From: Nitrospinaceae bacterium
GTDB taxonomy: Bacteria; Nitrospinota; Nitrospinia; Nitrospinales; Nitrospinaceae
Length of the DNA: 64,000 nt
Assembly (NCBI GenBank): GCA_965223665.1
Contig: OZ245011.1
Location: 3,936,001 to 4,000,000, forward strand
Direction: 5' to 3'
Part shown: one piece after another, positions 1 through 9,932 of the stretch
How the letters are laid out: each line of letters opens with the position of its first letter
Position numbering within the stretch: position 1 is the stretch's first letter
The notes under the pieces: model-generated
Seen by the model: only the letters and a program-made list of their open reading frames with translations
What the model was told of the DNA's origin: nothing
The model's database searches: none
Program-made: the position numbers and the translations under genes

Positions 1-251
1 AAAATAGATAAGCGACAAGAATGCTTCTGTATAGTTCTCCTTCCAAAACTGCAATATTTAATGCAAAGGTTCGACTAACCTTTGGCAATGTTTGCTTGCA
101 ATAATCCCAATCCTCCATGGAATAATATAATCCTATTTAAGGCTTCAGCTAAAAAATTTGTTTAGCTTGGCAAAGACATGAAAATAAAAAAATTGAATTT
201 AATGAATTCTTATAGGTTGTCGAGGAAAAGTTTTATCTGTTGGCCTGGGAT

Positions 252-1136
252 TTAATTTACCATCGAAGGATTAGCAGATTCTATTTCTTTGGCAATTCCA
301 AGTATCGCAGAATGCACTTCGTTAATCACATACTCAGGAGTACTTGTTCCAGCAGTAATTCCAACATGTTTTCTATTTTTAAACCATGCCCTCTCAAGTT
401 GTGTGGATGATTCTATATGATGTGCTTCAACCTTTTTTTCGTCACACACTTGAACTAATTTTTTTGTATTGGATGAATTATATCCTCCAATTACAATCAT
501 GAGGTCTACCTGGTCTGCTAGATCCCTAACGGCAATTTGTCGGTCCCGAGTGGGTTGGCAAATGGTGTTTACAAATGCCACATCATCTACACAATCCATT
601 TCACGAATTTTCTTAACTAATTTTTCTACCTTATCTACTTGTTGAGTGGTTTGGCTTACAATCCCAAAGTTTCGCTTCCCGGTTTTTCTTAATTTTTGTA
701 AATCTTCTTCATTGTTGATAACAACGTATTCGTCTAAATCACCTACGATTCCTTTTACCTCTACATGCTCTTCTTGTCCTATTACTACCGGAAAATAATT
801 TTTCTCAACCATTGATTTGATAGTTTGATGGACTCTCATTACTAGGGGGCAACTGGCGTCAAAAACAATTAACCCCGCATCGGTCAATTTTTTTTTCATT
901 TTTTCAGCAGCACCATGGGCGGTAATCATTACTTTTTTGGTGGGTATATTTTCTATTTCATCTACACCATTGACTAAAGAAACGCCATTTTGTTTTAAAG
1001 ATTCATTTACTTGTCGGTTATGTACTAATTGGCCCACAATGGTGAGGTCATTTTTGAATTGGGGTTCCATGGCCAAATTGATAGCATCTTTTACTCCAAA
1101 ACAAGTGCCTAGTGCACTGGCTAGAGAAACTTTCAT
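252..1136 (-). CDS. ispH: 4-hydroxy-3-methylbut-2-enyl diphosphate reductase
   Basis: GTCFGV, LVHN, ITAHG, DASCP, SQTT, NTIC, SSNT and TAGTSTP motifs. ATG at 1136 follows a GAGGA SD (ORF track starts at TTG 1148). Confidence 0.96.
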   Translation of the reverse strand: MKVSLASALGTCFGVKDAINLAMEPQFKNDLTIVGQLVHNRQVNESLKQNGVSLVNGVDEIENIPTKKVMITAHGAAEKMKKKLTDAGLIVFDASCPLVMRVHQTIKSMVEKNYFPVVIGQEEHVEVKGIVGDLDEYVVINNEEDLQKLRKTGKRNFGIVSQTTQQVDKVEKLVKKIREMDCVDDVAFVNTICQPTRDRQIAVRDLADQVDLMIVIGGYNSSNTKKLVQVCDEKKVEAHHIESSTQLERAWFKNRKHVGITAGTSTPEYVINEVHSAILGIAKEIESANPSMVN

Positions 1137-1239
1137 AATTTTCCTCAAAAATTTTTGGGTTGACCCTCAAAGTTATTAAGCTAGTATCTTAACAAATTGT
1201 TTGATTTTTTTAAATAAAATACCCAGGAAAAGCAGAATT

Positions 1240-1992
1240 TTACTTCATTATGAAGTTTTTTATCATTTGCCATGTTGTTTGTTTGCCAATTTCAGCAATG
1301 GACTCAGTTAAGGGAATCTTTTTGGGACAAACTTCTACACACACTTGTGCGTTTCCACAATCGGTTATTCCTCCTTTTCCCATGATTGCTTCAAGACGTT
1401 CCTCTTTTTCCATTGCTCCGGTAGGATGCATGTTAAATAACCGAACTTGGCTAAAAGTAGAGGCGCCCATAAAATCGTTGTTTTTTGTGAATTGGGGGCA
1501 GGCTTCCAGACAGCACCCGCAGGTCATGCATTCTGATAGAGCATAAGCTTTTGCACGTTGTTTTTCGGGAAAGGTAGGGCCTTCACCAATATCGTAAGTT
1601 CCATCTACATGAATCCACCCCTGAACCTTTTTAAGGTTTTCGAACATTCGGGTACGGTCTACTGCCAGGTCACGGACAAGGGGGAATTTCGACATGGGTT
1701 CTAAGACGATGGGATGTTTTAATTTGTCAATTAGAGCGGTACAGGCCTGTCTAACTTTACCATTTATCACCATGGAGCAAGAGCCGCAGACTTCTTCAAG
1801 GCAACTGCTTTCCCATACAATAGGAGCTACGGTTTCTCCAGATTGGGTTATCGGTTTTTTTTGGATTTCTTGCAGACAAGAAATAATATTTGCACTGGGT
1901 TTATAGGGAACTTCAAAGTGTTGCCAATAAGGTTTTGAGTTAGGGCTATCTTGCCTTCTTATTTTTAATAAGATTGATTTATTGTTTGCCAT
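1240..1992 (-). CDS. sdhB: succinate dehydrogenase/fumarate reductase iron-sulfur subunit
   Basis: SCLEEVCGSC (2Fe-2S), CMTCGCCLEACP and CGNAQVCVEVCP cluster motifs; lies downstream of sdhA. Confidence 0.95.
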   Translation of the reverse strand: MANNKSILLKIRRQDSPNSKPYWQHFEVPYKPSANIISCLQEIQKKPITQSGETVAPIVWESSCLEEVCGSCSMVINGKVRQACTALIDKLKHPIVLEPMSKFPLVRDLAVDRTRMFENLKKVQGWIHVDGTYDIGEGPTFPEKQRAKAYALSECMTCGCCLEACPQFTKNNDFMGASTFSQVRLFNMHPTGAMEKEERLEAIMGKGGITDCGNAQVCVEVCPKKIPLTESIAEIGKQTTWQMIKNFIMK

Positions 1993-2001
1993 TATATTTG
2001 C

Positions 2002-3942
2002 TTAATCATATTTTCTAGGACGTGGTGTTATTATTGAGGTGTTAATGTCCTCATATGAAATTTCAGGATTTCCATTTTTAAAAATAGCAATTGAACTTTT
2101 TAACCATTTTTTGTCGTTTTCTTCAAATCGCTTCATATACGATAAATGTTCTGAAGGAAAAGTGCCTTCAGGGATTTCTTCGTATTGTTGTCTTTCCAAA
2201 TAGTCGATATATTCATGCGGGTCAAAACTTTCTGGTTGTTCTAGATCAAATTCTGGCTTGTAATGAGCTCCGCGAAACTCGTTTCTCATTAATGCACCTT
2301 GCGTAATTATTTTAGACAAGTGAATCATACAATGCAGTTGGTTTATAAAGCTGGGTGCAGGATTAGACCAATGAGAAGTATCCAAACATTTCACATTTTT
2401 AAAACGAGTTTCAATGTCATTGATTTGTTCTAGAGCTTTTTCTAATCTGGAGTTCTTTCTTACGATTAGTACATTTTCTAGAAGAATTCCTCCTAATTCC
2501 TGGTGTAATTGATGGGGATTTTCTGTGCCGTCCATTTTTTGAATAGTGTCAAAACGTAATTTCCATTGATTTTGAGCTTGATCATAAATTGTTGAGGGCA
2601 CATCCTCGAAATGTTTGTTAAGATTTTTACCATAATTGATTACCCCAGATCCCATCATAAGACCCGTATATATACAACTCAATAATGAATTTGCTCCCAG
2701 ACGATTTGCTCCGTGATATTGGTAATCCGCTTCACCCGCGGCATATAAACCTTGGATCGAAGTCATTTGGTTTTTGGGAGATTTATGATCGATTAGTCCG
2801 TTACCGTCGTCCTGATAATCCACCCATAACCCACCCATGGAATAATGAACCGCTGGAAAAATTTTCATAGGAGTTTTTTTAGGATTTTTCCCTGTAAATT
2901 TTTCATAAATATCTAATATCCCACCTAACCGATTTTCTAAATATTCTTCGGCATGATGGGTTAAATCTAAATAAACCATGGGCTCTCCACCTACTCCAAG
3001 GCCTTTATTGTAAACAACATCATGAATTTCACGACTTGCCACATCTCGCGGAACAAGATTCCCGAATAGAGGATGGTTTTCTTCAAGAAAATACAATCGA
3101 TCGGTTTCTGGGATTTTAAGAGGATCTCTATCATCTCCTGGGTTTTTAGGAACCCAAATTCGACCTCCTTCACCTCTTGCAGATTCACTCATCAATCGTA
3201 ATTTATCTTGTCCGGGAATTGCGGTAGGATGAATCTGAATAAATTCTCCATTGCCATATTTTGCTCCTTGTAAATATGCCGAAGTAGCTGCCGCCCCTGT
3301 GCATACAGTAGAACCGGTCGACTTTCCATAAACTTGCGCGGGTCCGCCGGTGGCAAGAATTACTGCGTCTCCTTTCACTGAGAATATATCTCCCGTTCTT
3401 AAATCGTGCAAAACTGCGCCCCGGCAAATGTTTTCATTATCCAATACGGCCCCCAGGTACTCGTGCCATTCCAGTTTAGTGACTTGTCCGTCATGCTCGT
3501 ATTTGCGTACTTGTTCATCCAAAGCGTAAAGGAGCTGCTGTCCTGTGGTAGCTCCTGCAAAAGCGGTCCTGGAATATAAAGTACCTCCAAATCGGCGAAA
3601 CTCCAGGTGGCCTTCCGGAGTCCGGTTAAAAGTTACACCCAATCGATCCATAAGATGAATTATGGCTGGGGCCTGAAAACACATATCTCGAACAAGGGGT
3701 TGGTGAGCTAAAAAATCTCCCCCTTTAACAGTGTCATAAAAATGAATTTCAGGTGAATCGCCTTCTCCTTTCGTATCAATAGCTGCATTTATTCCTCCCT
3801 GAGCACAAACGGAATGTGAGCGCTTTACAGCCTGATAAGAGACAAGTGTGACATGGGCTTTAAATTCACATAACTTCATCGTGGCTGCTAATCCTGCTAA
3901 ACCCCCACCGATCACTACAAATTGTTTTTTTCGTTTTTCCAT
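2002..3942 (-). CDS. sdhA: succinate dehydrogenase flavoprotein subunit (covalent FAD)
   Basis: GGGLAG, RSHSVCAQGG (FAD-linking His), QIHPT, SESARGEGG, HYSMGG, HGANRLGANSL, RGAHY. Confidence 0.96.
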   Translation of the reverse strand: MEKRKKQFVVIGGGLAGLAATMKLCEFKAHVTLVSYQAVKRSHSVCAQGGINAAIDTKGEGDSPEIHFYDTVKGGDFLAHQPLVRDMCFQAPAIIHLMDRLGVTFNRTPEGHLEFRRFGGTLYSRTAFAGATTGQQLLYALDEQVRKYEHDGQVTKLEWHEYLGAVLDNENICRGAVLHDLRTGDIFSVKGDAVILATGGPAQVYGKSTGSTVCTGAAATSAYLQGAKYGNGEFIQIHPTAIPGQDKLRLMSESARGEGGRIWVPKNPGDDRDPLKIPETDRLYFLEENHPLFGNLVPRDVASREIHDVVYNKGLGVGGEPMVYLDLTHHAEEYLENRLGGILDIYEKFTGKNPKKTPMKIFPAVHYSMGGLWVDYQDDGNGLIDHKSPKNQMTSIQGLYAAGEADYQYHGANRLGANSLLSCIYTGLMMGSGVINYGKNLNKHFEDVPSTIYDQAQNQWKLRFDTIQKMDGTENPHQLHQELGGILLENVLIVRKNSRLEKALEQINDIETRFKNVKCLDTSHWSNPAPSFINQLHCMIHLSKIITQGALMRNEFRGAHYKPEFDLEQPESFDPHEYIDYLERQQYEEIPEGTFPSEHLSYMKRFEENDKKWLKSSIAIFKNGNPEISYEDINTSIITPRPRKYD

Positions 3943-3943
3943 T

Positions 3944-4627
3944 CTACAAAGGATTCTCGAAAGTTGGTGTTGTCGTTATTGGGTTTGAAGAAAATTCAAA
4001 TATCGTTACAAATCCCAAAAGAGATAATATGGCCCCAACCAACATGAAGGCCCAACCCGCACTTTTTTGAGCCTGGGGTCCAATAATAATTCCCCAGGAA
4101 ATACAAAAAGACCACAGACCGTTAGAAAAATGAAAAGTTGCAGAGAGAATCCCTATTAGATAGAGACCTCTTCCTGTCCATGTTTGGAATTCTTCATTCA
4201 TAACATCGATTAAAAAGGGAGCAGCAAGAAAATGATGCTGACCTTCTATGTTTTTCGCAATAGCAGTTGTCCAGATATGATAGACCAGAAAAATAAAAAC
4301 AATGGCACCGGTGAGTCTTTGCAAGCTGTACATCCAGTTTCTTTGATAGGGATAGCGATGAACATTTATATTGGCGTTGGTAGAAATATAAAAGCCAACA
4401 ATAGAGTGGAAAAGTAAAGGTAAATAGATTACCGAAATCTCAATCCAAATTAAAAAAGGTAAATTATTAATTAGGTCTATGCTTAATTGGTAAGGTAAGA
4501 CACCCACCGTTCGTAGTGAATTAATAGAAAGATGGAATACTAAAAATATGCCAATTGGAATTAACCCGGTAAGGGAATGGATCTTTAGGAGGAGATAATG
4601 AATTTGATTGCTACTTGGTTTATTCAT
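3944..4627 (-). CDS. sdhC: succinate dehydrogenase cytochrome b558 subunit (single di-heme anchor, Bacillus-like type B)
   Basis: About 5 TM segments with conserved His (IHSLTG, FHSIVG, YHIW, FHFSNGL) and LQRLTG. ATG 4627 chosen; ORF extends to TTG 4690. Confidence 0.9.
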   Translation of the reverse strand: MNKPSSNQIHYLLLKIHSLTGLIPIGIFLVFHLSINSLRTVGVLPYQLSIDLINNLPFLIWIEISVIYLPLLFHSIVGFYISTNANINVHRYPYQRNWMYSLQRLTGAIVFIFLVYHIWTTAIAKNIEGQHHFLAAPFLIDVMNEEFQTWTGRGLYLIGILSATFHFSNGLWSFCISWGIIIGPQAQKSAGWAFMLVGAILSLLGFVTIFEFSSNPITTTPTFENPL

Positions 4628-4769
4628 ATCCAACTTAGAACTAGGAGTGGTCTTAATAAGGTAAAGTTTGGATAAAGAAAACGATGACAAACTTTGAGTA
4701 ACGGATCACTTAAACCTAATTCTATTTTTTCTTAAATTGGATGGGAAAACAAGCTTGATTTAATAATTT

Positions 4770-5042
4770 CTAAAAATCGTATTCTAAAAGAGGTCGGTTT
4801 TTAAAGTCTGGATCGATGGGTTTATCACTTGAGGTAATTTTTAAATTTTGAGGGGATTCAACAAAAAGATCAACAAAACCGCATTTGCCGCAAACTCGAG
4901 GTTGCAAAGGGACTTTTTTTTCAATTCCATGGTCTTTGCGTACTACCATGATTAATTCTAAATCTTTACTGGTGCGAAGGCCAATATCACCTTTAAGGAC
5001 ACTCTTTGCACCACATTTTCCGCAAGTGGTAGGGTCAGCCAT
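4770..5042 (-). CDS. small zinc-ribbon-type protein (two CGKCG motifs)
   Basis: 90-aa ORF with strong AGGAGG SD and paired CxxC motifs near each end. Confidence 0.75.
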   Translation of the reverse strand: MADPTTCGKCGAKSVLKGDIGLRTSKDLELIMVVRKDHGIEKKVPLQPRVCGKCGFVDLFVESPQNLKITSSDKPIDPDFKNRPLLEYDF

Positions 5043-5056
5043 GGTTTCCTCCTAAA

Positions 5057-5117
5057 AATTTTCCTGAATGTTCTCCTATTGGAGCTTCCAATAGGAGACA
5101 CCATTCGTAGGAAAATT
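5057..5117. repeat. long imperfect inverted repeat with a perfect 12-bp core
   Basis: TCTCCTATTGGA(5072-5083)-GCT-TCCAATAGGAGA(5087-5098), flanked by GAATG/CATTC and AATTTTCCT/AGGAAAATT arms. Confidence 0.85.
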
Positions 5118-5123
5118 ATAGCA
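5115..5123 (-). promoter_or_regulatory. extended -10 promoter (TGCTATAAT) for the zinc-ribbon gene
   Basis: Minus strand reads TTATGCTATAAT, about 70 nt upstream of the ATG at 5042. Confidence 0.55.
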
Positions 5124-5155
5124 TAAGGCCAAGCTAAAAGCTTCTAGAGCCCCTC

Positions 5156-5500
5156 TTACGGTTGTGGAGAGAATGTGGTTGCTTGAGCATTTTCCGTATA
5201 TGTTGCGGGGTCTCGGCGATCCCGTGAACGGTTAATGATTTGGTTTAACTCTTTACTAGCATGAAAAATAGGTTTTCTGCGTGCAGGAATATTAATTGGC
5301 TCTCCAGAAACGGGTTTTTTGCCTACCCTGGCTTCGTATTCCCGCATCTTAAAAGAACCAAAACCTTGAATAACCACGCGGCCATCCTTTTTTAGATTGG
5401 TCACAATAGCGTTAATGAAAGCGAGCAAATATTTGTCAGCTTCCTGCTTTGAGACATTCATTTTATAAGCTAGTTTGGTCGCTAAATCGGATCTAATCAT
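5156..5500 (-). CDS. HU/IHF-family DNA-binding protein
   Basis: IQGFGSF and ARVGKKPVSGEPINIPARRKPIF motifs. ATG 5500 with AAGGA SD (ORF track starts at 5533). Confidence 0.9.
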   Translation of the reverse strand: MIRSDLATKLAYKMNVSKQEADKYLLAFINAIVTNLKKDGRVVIQGFGSFKMREYEARVGKKPVSGEPINIPARRKPIFHASKELNQIINRSRDRRDPATYTENAQATTFSPQP

Positions 5501-5540
5501 AGAACATCCTTTGTCTAAGGTTGGCGTTTTCATTGTTTCT

Positions 5541-5556
5541 TCAATAAACGTGCCAA
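5541..5556 (-). promoter_or_regulatory. sigma-54-like -24/-12 promoter
   Basis: TTGGCACGTTTATTGA matches TGGCACG-N4-TTGC except for the final base. Confidence 0.55.
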
Positions 5557-5687
5557 AACCAACGATTAAATAACTCCTTTAATTTAAACCACTTGAATTT
5601 TTGGGGGTCACAGATTTGTATGGATTTAGTGATTTTTTTGAAAAAAAGTGTATAAAAACTTGACCAAATCTAAGTGAGGTAAATCTA

Positions 5688-6626
5688 ATGAAAAAGACAA
5701 TTCTTGTTTATTTAACTCATCCTCATGTAGAGGCCTGGAACTTTAAAGGAGGTCATAAAACTTTATTAAGTAATCAGTTGGGCGAGTATGAAGTAGAAGT
5801 TTGTCTCCATTCTAAAGAGTTTATATCTCGTCTTTCCAAAGCTCATGGAGCTATTGTATGGTTCTTTAAAAAAGAATGGGTTCAAATAGCAAAAAATTTA
5901 AAATGGTTAGCAACTCCTGCGGCAGGAACTGATTGGATCAGTATACCGGAAAGTGAAAATCTAAAGATATTTCATGGAGGATTTCATGGCTCTTTGATCT
6001 CAGAAAGCGTATTGGGGGCAATGCTTTATTTTTGCAAAGCATTTGATATTTCCAAAGAAATGCAAAGGAAAAAGAAGTGGGCAAGAATTAAAGTTTCTCA
6101 GCAAATTTCTACCTTGCAAGGAGCAAATGTAACCATTTTAGGTTTTGGTAAAATTGGGCAATATATTGGTCGAACCTTAAAACCATTGGGTTGCAGGATA
6201 ACAGGGATTAGGCGTCGGCCTGAAAAATGTACGGATTTCTTTACAGCGCAAGACTCAGTGAAAACCCCTGACCATTTGTTTGATGTTTTAGAGACCACGG
6301 ATCATTTGATCTCTGTACTTCCGGGAGGAAATGAAACTAAAGGATTATTAACAGGAGAACATTTCGAAAGGCTTCCAAAAAGCAGTTATTTTTACAATGT
6401 GGGAAGAGGTAATGTTTGCGAAGAATTAGTTTTGGTAAATACACTAAGGAAGGGTGGAATTGCCGGAGCTTACTTAGATGTTTTTGAAAAAGAGCCATTA
6501 CCTGAGAACTCTTTGCTTTGGGAAATGGAAAACGTATTGATTCAACCTCATCTTTCTGCAGCAGCCCCTCAATATTTAGATTTATTTTTAAGCGAACTTT
6601 GTGATTCGATAAAAAATTTAAAGTAG
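5688..6626 (+). CDS. D-2-hydroxyacid dehydrogenase family, NAD(P)-binding
   Basis: GFGKIG Rossmann motif; NVGRG, LDVFEKEPLP and QPH catalytic motifs. Confidence 0.9.
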   Translation: MKKTILVYLTHPHVEAWNFKGGHKTLLSNQLGEYEVEVCLHSKEFISRLSKAHGAIVWFFKKEWVQIAKNLKWLATPAAGTDWISIPESENLKIFHGGFHGSLISESVLGAMLYFCKAFDISKEMQRKKKWARIKVSQQISTLQGANVTILGFGKIGQYIGRTLKPLGCRITGIRRRPEKCTDFFTAQDSVKTPDHLFDVLETTDHLISVLPGGNETKGLLTGEHFERLPKSSYFYNVGRGNVCEELVLVNTLRKGGIAGAYLDVFEKEPLPENSLLWEMENVLIQPHLSAAAPQYLDLFLSELCDSIKNLK

Positions 6627-6638
6627 GGGCTCAGTGTT

Positions 6639-7607
6639 TTAGTTCTCTTCTCCTAAAAACTTCACAAATTGATCTACAATTTTTTCATCAAATTCTTTGA
6701 TCATTGTACTTTTCATTAATTTTAACGCTTGAATAGGATGCATAGGTTGCTTATAAGATCGGCGTGAAGTTAATGCGTCATACGCATCCATCACCTTACA
6801 AATTCGAGCAAAATAAGGTATGTTTTCACCCTCTAAACCCTTGGGATAGCCACCTCCATGAAACTTTTCGTGATGACAAGTAGCCATTTCAATAATTTTT
6901 TGCCCATAGCAGGACATCCCATCTAAAATTTCTCCTCCATACTGTGCATGTTTTTGGACCTCCTTCATTTCTTCATCAGTTAAAGCACCATTCTTATTTA
7001 CAACCTCAAAGGGAATTTTAGATTTACCCACATCATGTAATAATCCCCCCTTTCCTAATTCAAAAAGATCCGAAGTCTCTAAGTTAATTTTTAGACCAAA
7101 AACAAAACAATAGAGGCCAACATTTACACAATGGGAATGGGTTGAATAGTCTTTTTTTATGATTTCTGAGATTCGACCAAATCCTAATGAGGAATTTTCA
7201 TAACATTTGTGAACCAGGTCAATAGCCTGATCTGCCATTTTTAAAAAACTGGGAGGGGCGGTATACTCAAAAAATTCCTTTAAGCATTCTTCAGAAAAAT
7301 GATAGATCCTATTTAACTTTTGCTTATTGTCAACATCTTCTTTCTCTATGTATTCTCGAAGAACTTGTGAGGCTCTTTCAAAGTATTTAAAAGAATCTGT
7401 TTTTTGAATATATAAGCTTTCTTCTAATTCACCGGTTTCTAATAACCGGTTAACTTTTTCCAGGTCATTGGGATCATCTTTTTTAAACTTTATATAATTC
7501 GTTTTTTTGTAACTTATAGTTCTAAAATATAAATCAAATTGCGAATATGATTGTTGGTTTAATAGATTAATATCAATGGGTCGATAGGTAATATTTTGTG
7601 TTGCCAT
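6639..7607 (-). CDS. HD-GYP domain cyclic-dinucleotide phosphodiesterase
   Basis: LLHDVGK, HHEKFHGGGYPKGL, DAYDALTSRRSYK. Confidence 0.92.
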   Translation of the reverse strand: MATQNITYRPIDINLLNQQSYSQFDLYFRTISYKKTNYIKFKKDDPNDLEKVNRLLETGELEESLYIQKTDSFKYFERASQVLREYIEKEDVDNKQKLNRIYHFSEECLKEFFEYTAPPSFLKMADQAIDLVHKCYENSSLGFGRISEIIKKDYSTHSHCVNVGLYCFVFGLKINLETSDLFELGKGGLLHDVGKSKIPFEVVNKNGALTDEEMKEVQKHAQYGGEILDGMSCYGQKIIEMATCHHEKFHGGGYPKGLEGENIPYFARICKVMDAYDALTSRRSYKQPMHPIQALKLMKSTMIKEFDEKIVDQFVKFLGEEN

Positions 7608-7725
7608 ACTATAAGTTTAAAGTAAGGAAAATTAAATAGTTTGGTGAACCTTTTTGGGGTTGAGTGATTAATAAAGGAAGTATTTATAACAGTATAAGTC
7701 AAAAAAAAAATTTGTTAAGAAAAGT

Positions 7726-9177
7726 TTAAAGGGCAGGTGAATTTTTATGGTAATCGGTATTGAGTTGAAACTGATTGCCGACCTGTAGTAAAGTTTCTTC
7801 GTCAAAAGCTTTGCCAATGAGTTGTAAGCCAATTGGAAGGCCTTCTTTGGAAAAACCGCAAGGCACTGACATAGCTGGAATGCCGGCTAAACTCGCTGAG
7901 ATCGTATAAATATCAGAGAGATACATTTGAAGGGGGTCATCTAATTTCTCTTTTAGTTTAAAAGCAGGGTATGGAGAACAGGGGGCCACAATAAAATCGC
8001 AATTTTCAAAGGCTTTCTCAAAATCCTGTTTAATGAGGGTCCGAACTTTTTGTCCCTTTAAATAATAAGCATCGTAATAGCCAGTGCTTAAAACAAAAGT
8101 TCCAAGTAGTATTCTTCGTTTTACCTCTTCTCCAAACCCTTCTTCGCGGGTATTGGTATACATGTCAAAAAGGTTTTCGGATTTGTCGGAACGAATTCCA
8201 TATTTTACCCCATCGTAACGCGCTAAATTAGTACTTGCCTCTGCACAAGTTAATATATAGTAAGTGGCCACAGCATAGGAAGTGTGAGGAAGGGAAATTT
8301 CAATTTTTTCAATTCCCATTTCTTCTAAAGTTTTTAACGCCTGTTGAATAGATTGGTTGACATCTTCTTCCAAGCCCTCTCCAAAATATTCCTTAGGAAT
8401 TCCAACTTTTAGCTTTTTGGTGGAATCCATTAACTTTTCAGTGAAATTAGGTAAAGAAATATTTGCAGATGTTGTGTCTCTGGGATCATGGCCCGCAATA
8501 ACATTTAAAAGAATTGCCGAGTCTTCTACAGTTTTAGTCATTGGACCGATTTGGTCAAAAGAAGAGGCAAATGCAACTAATCCAAATCGGGAAACCCTGC
8601 CATAAGTAGGTTTTAGTCCCGTAATCCCACAAAAGCCGGCGGGTTGTCGGATGGACCCTCCGGTATCACTTCCTAATGCAGCAATACATTCATTCGCAGC
8701 AACGGCGGCTGCTGAACCCCCACTGGATCCACCTGGAACTCTATCTAAATCCCATGGATTTTTTGTGGGAAAAAAATAAGAGTTTTCATTAGATGAGCCC
8801 ATCGCAAATTCATCCATATTAGTTTTACCCACTATAACGGCTCCAGCTTCTTTAAGTTTTTGGGTCACAGTGGCATCATAAGGAGAAATGAAATTTTCTA
8901 AAATATGTGAGGAGCAAGTATTAGGAAAACCTTTTAGACAAATTAAGTCTTTGAGTGCTAATGGAATTCCTAATAAAGGTGCATCTTCTCCTGCTGCAAT
9001 TTTACGGTCTGCTTCCTTTGCCTGTTCCTCAGCAAGTTCTCGGGTTAAATGAACAAAAGCCTTGACTTGATCATCAACTTCATCAATTCTTGAATAAAAA
9101 GTTTGTAACAGCTCTTGAGCAGAAATTTTTTTACCTTTAAGCAGAAGCTTGGCTTGAGCAAGGGTGAGGGAGTCCAT
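7726..9177 (-). CDS. gatA: Asp/Glu-tRNA amidotransferase subunit A
   Basis: [46 protein letters not shown]. Confidence 0.97.
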   Translation of the reverse strand: MDSLTLAQAKLLLKGKKISAQELLQTFYSRIDEVDDQVKAFVHLTRELAEEQAKEADRKIAAGEDAPLLGIPLALKDLICLKGFPNTCSSHILENFISPYDATVTQKLKEAGAVIVGKTNMDEFAMGSSNENSYFFPTKNPWDLDRVPGGSSGGSAAAVAANECIAALGSDTGGSIRQPAGFCGITGLKPTYGRVSRFGLVAFASSFDQIGPMTKTVEDSAILLNVIAGHDPRDTTSANISLPNFTEKLMDSTKKLKVGIPKEYFGEGLEEDVNQSIQQALKTLEEMGIEKIEISLPHTSYAVATYYILTCAEASTNLARYDGVKYGIRSDKSENLFDMYTNTREEGFGEEVKRRILLGTFVLSTGYYDAYYLKGQKVRTLIKQDFEKAFENCDFIVAPCSPYPAFKLKEKLDDPLQMYLSDIYTISASLAGIPAMSVPCGFSKEGLPIGLQLIGKAFDEETLLQVGNQFQLNTDYHKNSPAL

Positions 9178-9180
9178 TGA

Positions 9181-9465
9181 TTATAATATTTGCGGGACTT
9201 CGTAATGCCCCTTGTCCGATTTTGGTGCTAACGAAAGTAAATCGTCGTTAAGAGGTTGAGATCTTGGTAAATCTTCGCGAAGGACATTGTTAATTTGCAA
9301 CACATGGGATGTTGGATGAACCTGGTCGGTGTTTAATTCGTTTAATTGGTTTATGTATTCCAAAATTTTTTGGAATTGTAACCCCATTCTTTCCTTCTCG
9401 GATTCTGTAAGTTGGAGTCTAGCTAAAAGAGCTACTTTTTCAATGTCGAACTTAGGAGTTTCCAT
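9181..9465 (-). CDS. gatC: Asp/Glu-tRNA amidotransferase subunit C
   Basis: VALLARL, LRED, VPQI; directly upstream of gatA. Confidence 0.93.
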   Translation of the reverse strand: METPKFDIEKVALLARLQLTESEKERMGLQFQKILEYINQLNELNTDQVHPTSHVLQINNVLREDLPRSQPLNDDLLSLAPKSDKGHYEVPQIL

Positions 9466-9572
9466 TTTTATTCACGTTGTATTTTTTAATTAAAGGAAAA
9501 AATAATAATTTATCAATATCAGAAAACCTGGATGTTTTAAAAAAATACAATTATTAAATAAAATAAGTTTTT

Positions 9573-9788
9573 TTAGGATTTATCCTCTGACTTTTTCTTT
9601 TGGGCTTTTTCTTGCTTTTTCTTTTCCATGTATTCAATTTTTCCTACTTTACGGGTAAGCCGCTTATAATGTTTCCGGATTTTTCTTACTTCGGAATCAT
9701 ATTTGTTTTCTCCAGCATTATTTTTAACCTCGGCTAATTTTTCTCCTGATTTTTTGATATGTTCCTTTAATTTTTCCAATGTGGCCAT
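9573..9788 (-). CDS. hypothetical Lys-rich helical protein
   Basis: 71-aa ORF with AAGGA SD filling an intergenic gap; no recognised motif. Confidence 0.6.
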   Translation of the reverse strand: MATLEKLKEHIKKSGEKLAEVKNNAGENKYDSEVRKIRKHYKRLTRKVGKIEYMEKKKQEKAQKKKSEDKS

Positions 9789-9932
9789 AAATCGAATCCT
9801 TTGAGCAAAGTTTTAATGAAAACTTTGTTTTATACCAAAAATTTTTGGGTATCTCAATTAAGAAAATTTGAGCCTCAATCACATTTATCCATTTTTTAAG
9901 GATTGGCAAATATCCTTTTTTGCTATCGCCTG

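Noticed and set aside
64-100. Hairpin CAAAGGTT/AACCTTTG and TGGCA...TTGC resembling a sigma-54 promoter
   Set aside because: GG-GC spacing does not fit -24/-12, and the context is truncated at the window edge.
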